This document shows, piece by piece, positions 10,011 to 18,555 of a stretch of DNA of 64,000 nucleotides; the stretch's first letter is position 1; every line of letters begins with the position of its first letter. Made by a program: the position numbers and the translations under genes. This DNA comes from a virus (Duplodnaviria > Heunggongvirae > Uroviricota > Caudoviricetes), in IMG/VR virus record IMGVR_UViG_3300032214_000615. One strand, written 5' to 3'. The notes under the pieces were generated by a model that saw only the letters and a program-made list of their open reading frames with translations, was not told where the DNA came from and did not search any database.

Positions 10011-11669
10011 ATGCCATTAGTAGTAGGACAATCATACAATGCTTATATAGAAATAACTGGAGCTACAAGCGCTAGTATTACTAGTGGCGCATTACCGGGT
10101 GGATTAGTTGGATCGTACAACGCCGGCACTAGTAGATTTACTATAACAGGCACGCCAGAGACAGCCGCAACCTATAATTTTACTATCACCGCCATTAACG
10201 CTTGCGGATCAGGTGGATCCGATGGAAGTTTCGTCAGAGATTATTCTTTAACTGTAGCCTCCCCGCCTGCTATGTCTGCTAGTATAGGCATTCCAACTCC
10301 TCAATATGTCAACGAAGGAGATGTAGTTGTATTCACTTACACTATAACAAATCGTCAAAATCAAAACGTATATTGGAGAGTAGAGGCCACGTCCCCAACA
10401 TCATCCGCGGCGATTACCTCTGATGATTTTTCTACTCCAAGTAGCGGAGTTATTAATACCGACTCTGGCAATATTACATTAACTATTAGCAGTGATTTAA
10501 CAACAGAAAACTTTGAACGATTCCGTCTTGTTTTTTATACAAATGGGACCTACACGGATTTATTAACACTTTCTACTTTCGTGGAAATCGTTGACACATC
10601 AGTTACTCCACCGTCTACTTGTGCCACTCCAACTCTAGTATCAAACATTACTCCAAGTGCTGCCACTCAGGGAACTTATACTGGAACTATACAATTATCA
10701 AACACAAGCAGTGTTGGAGTAACTTTAAATAGTCCGCCAGATTGGTCTGTTGCGTCATACGATAAAGCCACTGGAACATTAACTATTAGTGGACCATCCA
10801 GTCCGGGCTCATATAGTGTTAGCATTAACGCAATTAATAATGAAATTCCAGCAGGCTGTAATACTACTGAAATTGTTTCAATAAACGCCGGCAGCGTTAC
10901 GATTTGTAACGAAGCAACATCGGCAACTCAAACAGTAACTGGGTCATTAACTGGCACCACAGTGTGGGGCTCAAATCCTTACACTCAAGATTCTGACTTT
11001 GCTGTAGCCGCTGTTCACGCTGGGTTGGTGGCACCAGGCGCCACCGCTACTATAACTAAAACTTTTGTTGGGTACTTACAAAATTATTCAGGCACCACAG
11101 CCAATGGAGTCACAACCACAAACTGGACTACTGGATGGTGTGGCGTTCAAATTTCTCTAGCATCTGGAGGCGGTGGAGGTTCCACCTGTTTTGCTTATGG
11201 AACAAAAATACTAATGAGTGATGGTACGTCAAAGAATATTGAAGACTTACAAGAAAACGATATTATAAAAACAGTAAGCATAGCTGATTTAGATACACAA
11301 GAGACTGCGTGGGAATACTGGAGTTCAAACTCATTCGTTACTAGCAATGCCACGGCCACAGTCAAGAGCATATATGTACACACCGCAACACACTACTATA
11401 ACATCAATAATGGATTATTGAAGGTAACAGATAGCCATCCAATATTAGTAGAAAAAAATGGAATTTATAGATTCAAGCGCGTGGACTCACTAACAACCGA
11501 AGATCGTCTATTCAACGTCAACGACGGATGGATACCAATTAATTCCATTCAAATTATTAATGAACAGTTAGCCACTATAAATATAGATGTTGAAGAGCAA
11601 GACACTTACTTTGCTAATGGAATTCTTGTACACAATAAGAACGAAGAAAATCAACAATCAAATCAATAA
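10011..11669 (+). CDS. Fiber protein paralog carrying an LCCL-like domain and a C-terminal Hint (bacterial-intein-like) domain
   Basis: N-terminal module nearly identical to that of 8682-10004. LCCL signature WGSNPYTQDSDFAVAAVHAGLVAPG. SGGGGGST then CFAYGTKILMSDGT (Hint block A), TDSHPILV (block B), terminal YFANGILVHN followed by only 10 more residues. Confidence 0.6.
   Translation: MPLVVGQSYNAYIEITGATSASITSGALPGGLVGSYNAGTSRFTITGTPETAATYNFTITAINACGSGGSDGSFVRDYSLTVASPPAMSASIGIPTPQYVNEGDVVVFTYTITNRQNQNVYWRVEATSPTSSAAITSDDFSTPSSGVINTDSGNITLTISSDLTTENFERFRLVFYTNGTYTDLLTLSTFVEIVDTSVTPPSTCATPTLVSNITPSAATQGTYTGTIQLSNTSSVGVTLNSPPDWSVASYDKATGTLTISGPSSPGSYSVSINAINNEIPAGCNTTEIVSINAGSVTICNEATSATQTVTGSLTGTTVWGSNPYTQDSDFAVAAVHAGLVAPGATATITKTFVGYLQNYSGTTANGVTTTNWTTGWCGVQISLASGGGGGSTCFAYGTKILMSDGTSKNIEDLQENDIIKTVSIADLDTQETAWEYWSSNSFVTSNATATVKSIYVHTATHYYNINNGLLKVTDSHPILVEKNGIYRFKRVDSLTTEDRLFNVNDGWIPINSIQIINEQLATINIDVEEQDTYFANGILVHNKNEENQQSNQ
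11187..11666 (+). other. Hint/BIL autoprocessing domain (Cys1 ... terminal HN) at the C-terminus of the fiber protein
   Basis: Hint blocks A, B and F/G read directly in the translation. No C-extein catalytic residue follows the HN (it is followed by K and a short tail). Confidence 0.55.
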
Positions 11670-11674
11670 CGATT

Positions 11675-13096
11675 ATGAAATACATAATATCTTTTATCAA
11701 AAATACAACTGACGAACACGTTGAACAGTATATGTTGGCGAATAATATTCAAGTTTTAGAACACTTGAAAAATTTAGATCACATTTACTTAACAGAGACT
11801 GACACAGTGCCCCCTCCAGACAACAATGTAGACTACATTGTTGAAAGTGAGCTAACAAAAATTACATTGGTATCCAATAATTGTGCTAGCATACAAACAG
11901 AAACTGATGAAAATTGGTGGAAACTGTCTACGTTGAATATTGATGAGTTTGATAGCACTGGAGTGTATCATTGTAAAAATGTAACTCCTGTTAATGTTTA
12001 TGTAATGGATAGTGGACTAAATCACTCACACAGCGAATTCTCGGGAATAAACGTGGAAAATGTTTATACTTATGATGAATCCTACAGTGATGAGAGTGGT
12101 CACGGCACCGCGGTATCGTCGCTAATAGCAGGCAATACGCTAAGCTTGGCTAATGTAAATCTTAAAGTTGTGAAAGTACTTGGTACAAAGGATACTTATC
12201 TAGTTGATTTATTGCGTGGATTAGACGCTATTATTGGATCAGCAGTCAACAGCGAATACATTTCCATAGTAAACATTAGCTGGGTCATGCCAAAGTTTAC
12301 ATTCTTTGAAAATCAACTTGAAAAGCTGTTTGATAAAAATATTTTAGTAGTCTGCGCGGCTGGAAATGCTGATATGGATATAGCGTTTGTTAGTCCCGCT
12401 TCAATGAATAACGCAATTTGCGTAGGCGCATATGATGAATATTTTAGACCCTGTAATTATTCGGACTATACTGGAGAACTATCAACAATATCTAGTTGGA
12501 GTAATTACGGATCAATAAATGTCTGGGCGCCAGGCTCAAACATAAAAGTGGCTAATATTGCTGACCAATATTCAATAGCTGGCGGAACATCTTTGGCATC
12601 TGCTATACACGCGGCTAGCGTTGCTTACGCACTTGGAAATTATTACAATATGGGTTCAGTTCCACTACGTAGCAACTTTAACTTCTATATGAGCGTGGTG
12701 TCTACCTTATCTGGCGTCAATTCCGGATTAATTGATTTTAGACACAGTTATGGACAATATAGTAATATTTCTACTGCTAGAACTAGCTTGGTCAAATCAC
12801 AAGTAAATCAATCAACTGACGTACTTATGGCACCAAATTCTTCTAATTTCTCTGTTAAAAATAATGGCGTGACTTTTGTAAAATGTATTCTCACCTCTTC
12901 TATAAAAGATGTAAGCATATCTGGATTGCCAGATGGACTATCTCTTACTGACGGTTGGATAATAGGAAAACCAACAATAGAATTTCCAGAGGACGAATCG
13001 GTAAAACAGTTAAATTTTGATTGTGTAATACAGTTCACTGTTATGAATCAAACGGAACCACAATCATTGCCAATTAAAGTTATTGTTAGAAGGTAA
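11675..13096 (+). CDS. Subtilisin-like serine protease (peptidase S8) with a C-terminal Ig-like (He_PIG) domain; probable virion-associated enzyme
   Basis: Catalytic motifs in order: VYVMDSGLNHSH (Asp), SGHGTAVSSLIAG (His), VVCAAGNAD (oxyanion Asn), GGTSLASAIHAASVAYA (Ser). C-terminal ISGLPDGLSLTDGWIIGKPT matches the Ig-like repeat of the fiber genes. Confidence 0.8.
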   Translation: MKYIISFIKNTTDEHVEQYMLANNIQVLEHLKNLDHIYLTETDTVPPPDNNVDYIVESELTKITLVSNNCASIQTETDENWWKLSTLNIDEFDSTGVYHCKNVTPVNVYVMDSGLNHSHSEFSGINVENVYTYDESYSDESGHGTAVSSLIAGNTLSLANVNLKVVKVLGTKDTYLVDLLRGLDAIIGSAVNSEYISIVNISWVMPKFTFFENQLEKLFDKNILVVCAAGNADMDIAFVSPASMNNAICVGAYDEYFRPCNYSDYTGELSTISSWSNYGSINVWAPGSNIKVANIADQYSIAGGTSLASAIHAASVAYALGNYYNMGSVPLRSNFNFYMSVVSTLSGVNSGLIDFRHSYGQYSNISTARTSLVKSQVNQSTDVLMAPNSSNFSVKNNGVTFVKCILTSSIKDVSISGLPDGLSLTDGWIIGKPTIEFPEDESVKQLNFDCVIQFTVMNQTEPQSLPIKVIVRR

Positions 13097-13412
13097 TAAA
13101 ATGAAATTTTTGGAAAGATTACAGCAACGAAAGCAGGACATAGCAAATAAGGTACAAGATGCTACCGATTTTGTGATAAAAGAAACAACTCAAGTAGCCA
13201 CTATGGTTACCAATACTGTGGTAGATGCGATCAAAGAAAACATAATTGATCCGATCATAGAAACCGATCAAGAAATTGTAGATAAAAGATTCAATACTTG
13301 TCTAGCGTGTGATAAGTTTAATCACAGTTCACAGCGCTGTAACGAATGTGGATGCTTCATGCAGGTAAAAACAAAATTTAAGCACGTTACTTGCCCGCTT
13401 AATAAGTGGTAA
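13083..13412 (+). CDS. Small protein with C-terminal zinc-ribbon (CLACD...CNECGC...CP)
   Basis: 109 aa ORF overlapping the end of the S8 gene. Cys cluster CLACDKFNHSSQRCNECGCFMQVKTKFKHVTCP. Confidence 0.45.
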   Translation: MLEGNKMKFLERLQQRKQDIANKVQDATDFVIKETTQVATMVTNTVVDAIKENIIDPIIETDQEIVDKRFNTCLACDKFNHSSQRCNECGCFMQVKTKFKHVTCPLNKW

Positions 13413-13462
13413 TTTGCTCAAAACGCTTGATTTTTATAGCTCAGTAGCGTACTATATCGTTT

Positions 13463-13645
13463 ATGAACGACGATACTCTTTTTGATTTCAGCAATTTACC
13501 TCCAAAAAAGAAAAAGAATGTTGTAGACGATGTACGCAACATTCTTATAGTTGAATTTCCTGGCGACAAAGCTGGAGAACAACGTGCGAAACAATTGTTT
13601 GAAGAATTGCGTGATCGTGGTTACACATTAAAGATAATGACATGA
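13463..13645 (+). CDS. Hypothetical small protein
   Basis: 60 aa ORF; its stop overlaps the start of the next gene (ATGA). Confidence 0.35.
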   Translation: MNDDTLFDFSNLPPKKKKNVVDDVRNILIVEFPGDKAGEQRAKQLFEELRDRGYTLKIMT

Positions 13646-14763
13646 ACAATTCAAGAACATTTGAAGTAACGCTAAAGACTGACGCGCCCAATGATTTCTA
13701 TTGTATCAAGGCTGCGAACAGCGTTGACTTGGATATAGAGAAGAAGTTAACTCATCACTTAAAGGTCACTGCTGACATAGATTCCGACTACAACATAGGG
13801 TTGATCATAGGCAACAGTGGTAGTGGTAAGACAACACTAGCCAAGCACATCTGGGGCGACGAGTGCTTTGACACACTGCTAGACAAAGATCGTGCGATAA
13901 TTAGTCAATTTGATGATAGTTATGGCTATGATGAACGAGTTCAATTTTTGAGCGGCGTTGGTCTAGCAAGTCCAACGTGCTGGATCGCACCAGCAAAGAC
14001 GCTATCCAACGGTCAACAAGCACGAGCCGAGATAGCACTACAGATGGCTCGCACTGACGGTAAGTTTACTGTTATAGATGAGTGGACAAGTGTAGTAGAC
14101 AGAACAGTTGCCAAGGCAATGAGTCACGCTATTCAAAAGCATGCTCGTAAAACTGGCAAAACAATTGTGTTGTTAAGTTGTCACTATGATGTAGTTGAGT
14201 GGTTGAATCCAGATTGGATCATTGACTGTAATCTACAAGAGTATACTGACCGGAGGTCACTTTGTCGAGGGTTTACCAGATCCGAGCAACTTGTTTTTGG
14301 GATTAGACAGCTTACCGACTCAAAAAGTTGGGGTGTCTTTAGCAAATATCACTATTTAACTGATACACTTCCTCCGGGAAAGACCTTAATGTTTGGTCTG
14401 TTTCACGAAGACACGCAGATAGGATTTATTGCGTACTCAAATTACGTGATGTGGAAGCAAGAGCATAAAGACAAGGGTTTGCCAATGGTCATGCATGCCA
14501 ACCGAATAGTAGTACATCCAGATTACTGCGGGTTTGGTCTTGGAGGAAAATTAACTGATATTACTGCTGACTATCTACAGAACACACTCGGATATGATGT
14601 TCAAATCAAACTAAGTAGTGTCAGTATGGCTAATCTGCTAAAGCGTAATACACGCTGGGAGTTACGTGACGTTAGCAGAAACGTCAACAACATCTGGGGT
14701 AATCATAAAGGCAGAACTGGTCGCATAGACGTTAAGACATACTCATTTAAATTTTTAGGATAA
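13642..14763 (+). CDS. Soluble ABC-type ATPase domain fused to a C-terminal GNAT acyltransferase-like domain
   Basis: Walker A GNSGSGKTTLA, Q-loop SQF, ABC signature LSNGQQARAEIAL, Walker B/D-loop FTVIDEWTSVVD, H-loop LLSCHYD. Then GNAT motif A MHANRIVVHPDYCGFGLGGKL. No transmembrane domain. Confidence 0.65.
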   Translation: MNNSRTFEVTLKTDAPNDFYCIKAANSVDLDIEKKLTHHLKVTADIDSDYNIGLIIGNSGSGKTTLAKHIWGDECFDTLLDKDRAIISQFDDSYGYDERVQFLSGVGLASPTCWIAPAKTLSNGQQARAEIALQMARTDGKFTVIDEWTSVVDRTVAKAMSHAIQKHARKTGKTIVLLSCHYDVVEWLNPDWIIDCNLQEYTDRRSLCRGFTRSEQLVFGIRQLTDSKSWGVFSKYHYLTDTLPPGKTLMFGLFHEDTQIGFIAYSNYVMWKQEHKDKGLPMVMHANRIVVHPDYCGFGLGGKLTDITADYLQNTLGYDVQIKLSSVSMANLLKRNTRWELRDVSRNVNNIWGNHKGRTGRIDVKTYSFKFLG

Positions 14764-14856
14764 TTATTGTGGACTTTTTATTCTTTTTAGTTGTTGCGGT
14801 ATCAATAATTGCTATAGTTGGTAGTATGATATACTTATTGATTAACCCAGAACAGG

Positions 14857-15045
14857 ATGATATTGATGAAATCATTACAAAAAACACTGCTGATATTGTT
14901 GATCGCTAATCTACTGGTACTACTACTAGTAATAGTATTCGGAATCAAATTCAGTTCCGATATACACGTACAATGTACAAGTTGGGTTGAAATTCAGGGC
15001 ACAAACTCATTGTACAAAGAACGTATGTGTAACGTCGCTCAATAA
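14857..15045 (+). CDS. Small single-pass membrane protein
   Basis: 62 aa, hydrophobic stretch LLILLIANLLVLLLVIVFGI. Confidence 0.4.
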   Translation: MILMKSLQKTLLILLIANLLVLLLVIVFGIKFSSDIHVQCTSWVEIQGTNSLYKERMCNVAQ

Positions 15046-15098
15046 GTACGCACATTTAATCACAGTGACTCTCTTAAATACTATTTTAAGGAGCCACT

Positions 15099-15467
15099 AT
15101 GATTAAAAAAATATTAGTGGCGTTCCTATTCTGCTTAGCAAGCACCATAGCCAACGCCAACGCATTCAAAGTAAATAGAGAATTAGCGTGTAACACACTA
15201 TCCGAGATAGCAAAAATTCTAAATGAGTTTGATGAAAAGTATGTTTGGCAAGGAAAAAATTCTCAAAAATTGCAGACAATGTTGGTAGTCAATACTAAAT
15301 CTCAAACCTGGACTTTAGTTATGACTGATGGTCAATTGGCTTGCGTGCTTGATTCTGGCGAAGGATTTCTGTTGCCAGGGCAATCAGAAAAAAAATCTGA
15401 AGTAAAACCACAAGCAGACAAGAAAAAAGATTCTAAGAATTTAGTTGATATTAACTTTGTTCAGTAG
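15099..15467 (+). CDS. Secreted protein (Sec signal peptide)
   Basis: MIKKILVAFLFCLASTIANANA signal peptide, strong RBS AAGGAG 7 nt upstream, Lys-rich C-terminus. Confidence 0.55.
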   Translation: MIKKILVAFLFCLASTIANANAFKVNRELACNTLSEIAKILNEFDEKYVWQGKNSQKLQTMLVVNTKSQTWTLVMTDGQLACVLDSGEGFLLPGQSEKKSEVKPQADKKKDSKNLVDINFVQ

Positions 15468-16290
15468 AACGTTTACGATTTTTATAAGCCCACAGTAATA
15501 GCGGTAGTACTATAGTACTGACAATCCACTGCCAGTACTTGCTAAACCACGCAACGATAATTTGTGTGGCGGTAATTTCTATCTCTACGGTTTTCTTAAA
15601 TGTTTTTATTTGATACTCGGTTTCTTCATGATCTAGTTTTATAATAGCCACTATACCAACATCTATTTTATGTTTGCCAACTGACTTTGGTTTAAGTGTC
15701 CATAACCAGGTTGTATTATCGGTTCTATTTAAAATTTGACGTTCTGGGGTTACAGCTTTTACTTCAAAGTCGGGAGCTGTTAATGTGACTGCCACAGTTC
15801 TAGTAACAAACACAGGAGCAGCAAATTGCTTACCACTCTCACTTAAATCAAGTGCTAACTTGTTGGCTTCTTTTACTAAACTTATTAATAATTCAACACG
15901 AACATCGTCGGTTATGTTAGCCTGCTCCGGGATGCTAAGTGCCGTGTTTGCGTTTAGTAATTGCTTTTTGAATTCATCATCATAGTCTATTGATGGTGTT
16001 ATGACAGTAGGTATTTTTGGTTGATTCTTTTTTGAAGCCAGTACTAATCGTTCTCTATTGTTTATTTTTGGTTCTGTTACCGTCGGCGATGATGTCATCG
16101 GTGCTGGTGGCGGTGGGGGTAGAATCAATACTGTTGTCCTTGAAGGATTCGTCATAGCGGGAGCAGCGGCTGTAACTGGCTCAGAAATCTTTTCTTCTAC
16201 TGCTGAATACTCGGTGATTGTCGCTCTTTCGTACTGAGCGCAGCTTGCTACAGCCAGTGATATTCCAATTGCCAGTAGTAATAGTTTCAT
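15451..16290 (-). CDS. Membrane-anchored lipoprotein-like protein with Pro-rich linker and C-terminal TM helix
   Basis: Lipoprotein-type N-terminus MKLLLLAIGISLAVASCAQ (lipobox-like ASC), PPPPPAPMTSSP linker, C-terminal IVAWFSKYWQWIVSTIVLPLLLWAY. Convergent with, and overlapping, the previous gene. Confidence 0.5.
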   Translation of the reverse strand: MKLLLLAIGISLAVASCAQYERATITEYSAVEEKISEPVTAAAPAMTNPSRTTVLILPPPPPAPMTSSPTVTEPKINNRERLVLASKKNQPKIPTVITPSIDYDDEFKKQLLNANTALSIPEQANITDDVRVELLISLVKEANKLALDLSESGKQFAAPVFVTRTVAVTLTAPDFEVKAVTPERQILNRTDNTTWLWTLKPKSVGKHKIDVGIVAIIKLDHEETEYQIKTFKKTVEIEITATQIIVAWFSKYWQWIVSTIVLPLLLWAYKNRKRSTEQS

Positions 16291-16520
16291 CGTCTTGCCT
16301 ATTCTATGTTGTATTTATTGTTAAAGATGATATTCTAAATGATTGAAATTAGAATAAATATTCACTATGATTGAAGTTTGTTTAATATTTGTTCTGATCG
16401 CTGTCATAGTTTGGTTTGACGATTACTATTATAAGCAATACTATTTTGCTAGTAGATAACATGTCATCAATGACGAAATTGGTATAAAATTTAACTTTAA
16501 TACGTTAATGGAGAACAATT

Positions 16521-16934
16521 ATGGAAATATTAGCTGTGATTCTTGCTTTTTTACAAGTCGCTGATATAGCAATGAAAGTAAAAAGTGCTATTACAAGCGA
16601 CGGCCAGGAAAATAAAAACAAGATTGCCGATCTTTTTGATGAGATTGGTAATTTAATGTCCGAAGTTGCCGATGATTTAACAAATAATATATATCCGCAC
16701 GATAAATGTGCCAAGATGGCGGGTTTATTACACAAGTTTAAAACTGCTCTAACTGGAAAATTAGATGATTCTGATATTACTAGATTGGAAGATATATTGG
16801 ATCGTGCCAGTAGAGTTGAACAATTGTTTGGTGATTTGAATAGATGTTCACCTGAAAATAAACATCAACAATTATTGATTCTACGTCAATCTGCTGGAAC
16901 ATTTAACGCTGAAGCACTACTGCTAAGAATATAA
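16521..16934 (+). CDS. Hypothetical protein
   Basis: 137 aa ORF, RBS GGAG upstream. Confidence 0.45.
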   Translation: MEILAVILAFLQVADIAMKVKSAITSDGQENKNKIADLFDEIGNLMSEVADDLTNNIYPHDKCAKMAGLLHKFKTALTGKLDDSDITRLEDILDRASRVEQLFGDLNRCSPENKHQQLLILRQSAGTFNAEALLLRI

Positions 16935-16956
16935 TTTTGATAAATACTTTATATTT

Positions 16957-18555
16957 TTGGAAAATAAAATGTCGGACATAAGAAAACTAATAGACTTACT
17001 AAGTGAGTCAAGCGTTGGGGCCACTGCCAGTGGTAATGTTGCCACTGTTGAGCAGTCTGCGTTTACTCAATCTCGTTCTACCGCAGTAGAAGCTTCACCT
17101 GTGCTAGAGTATGGCAACTGGGAAAATAGCGCACTGTCTACTAGTAAAAAGTTAAAGAAGACTCGTACTAAAGCAAGCAAGCTTGTAAAGAGCATTTACG
17201 GCGAAGATGCGATTGTTAAAGAGTCAAAGAGTGATGTGGCGGAAGCAAAATCTCCGGCAGAATTTATTGGACAGATGAAAAAGTTGACCAGCACAGAACA
17301 ACAATTCAACGTCGGTGATTGGGTAACTATTGATCCTAATGAAACCAGTGGGTACGCAAGTAGTGGAATGACAGGACGCATAGTTGAATTATACACCGAC
17401 GAAGGTGAACAAATGGCCAAAATTGATGTTGGCGGAGGCGGTGGTGTGCAAACAAAAATGAAAACTTATGGAGGCACATTTGGGCCACCAGGCACCACGA
17501 TAGGCCTAGGTAAAGGTGTTCGTAGTTATGGCACATATACCGTGGTTCCAACCTCAATCCTGCAAAAAGATGATCCACAAGGTGTGGCGGAAGGCTTAGC
17601 CGAAGCAATTGCGAGTGGTAATTATAGCGTAGGACTAGAGGATATTGGCAAACGAGTAACAGTTAATGGCGATACTGGAGGCAAGACTGGTTATGTGCTT
17701 GTGAGTATTAGATATTCACCACGTGGATTGGACGCAGAAATAGTTGATCGCAAAAACGGCAGTACTGGCTGGTACAACTTGACTGATATTTCAAAGTCAA
17801 ATGATCAACATTTAGGCGAGCAAGGTGTGGCGGAAGGCTCCTTAAATGAGATTGGCTATTCAGACAAATTGGGCAATCTAAATGTATCAGACTCTGAAAT
17901 TATTGCCTCTGCTACACAAGTTGGAACAATAAGTCAGAAACCTGTGATGAAGTATGAAAAGCACAATACTACATTGTTCTTTTTTTCCGATGATGAAAAA
18001 ATTTCAGCTTTGATATTATTAGTTGACGGAAATAAATTACGAGCAATTAAAAATTTCTCTGGACAAGCTGGGCAGATTTATGCTCTGATAAATTATATCG
18101 TAAACATTGACAATAGAAGATTAGTTATAACATCAGACGAGCCATTGACCAAGGAAGGGTTCAACTGGATTGCGAGATTAATCAAAGAGCCGACAGGGAT
18201 AAAAGTATCAACTTTAGATGGAGCATCGGTTGATGTTAAAACATTACACAACGAATGGCTAAAATCTAAATCAACTCGGGGAACCGAATCTGGAGAAACT
18301 GGTTTAGTCATCAGCGAATCATCACAAAAATGGAAAAATAAACTACAAGAAAATGAAACAAGATTAATTCCACATCATTATTTTAATGTTACGAGTAAAT
18401 CCAGAGAACAAGATGTGGCGGAAGAGCAGATTGACGAAGTTGCTGGTGCTCAAAAATGCTGGTCAGGTCATCGTAAAGTAGGCACTCAACCCGGCACTGG
18501 AAAAAATGCCGGTCAGCCAGTCAATAAATGTAAAAAGATATCCAAGTCTAAGTAA
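16957..18555 (+). CDS. Large multidomain (polyvalent-type) protein, putative packaged/internal protein with repeated protease-site-like motifs and basic C-terminus
   Basis: 532 aa. Motifs SDVAEA, QGVAEGLAE, QGVAEGSLNE, QDVAEEQIDE. Contains copy A of the about 150 aa repeated module (IKNFSGQAGQIYALINYIVN...DEPLTKEGFNWIARLIKEP...ETRLIP). Lys/Arg-rich tail. Confidence 0.55.
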   Translation: MENKMSDIRKLIDLLSESSVGATASGNVATVEQSAFTQSRSTAVEASPVLEYGNWENSALSTSKKLKKTRTKASKLVKSIYGEDAIVKESKSDVAEAKSPAEFIGQMKKLTSTEQQFNVGDWVTIDPNETSGYASSGMTGRIVELYTDEGEQMAKIDVGGGGGVQTKMKTYGGTFGPPGTTIGLGKGVRSYGTYTVVPTSILQKDDPQGVAEGLAEAIASGNYSVGLEDIGKRVTVNGDTGGKTGYVLVSIRYSPRGLDAEIVDRKNGSTGWYNLTDISKSNDQHLGEQGVAEGSLNEIGYSDKLGNLNVSDSEIIASATQVGTISQKPVMKYEKHNTTLFFFSDDEKISALILLVDGNKLRAIKNFSGQAGQIYALINYIVNIDNRRLVITSDEPLTKEGFNWIARLIKEPTGIKVSTLDGASVDVKTLHNEWLKSKSTRGTESGETGLVISESSQKWKNKLQENETRLIPHHYFNVTSKSREQDVAEEQIDEVAGAQKCWSGHRKVGTQPGTGKNAGQPVNKCKKISKSK

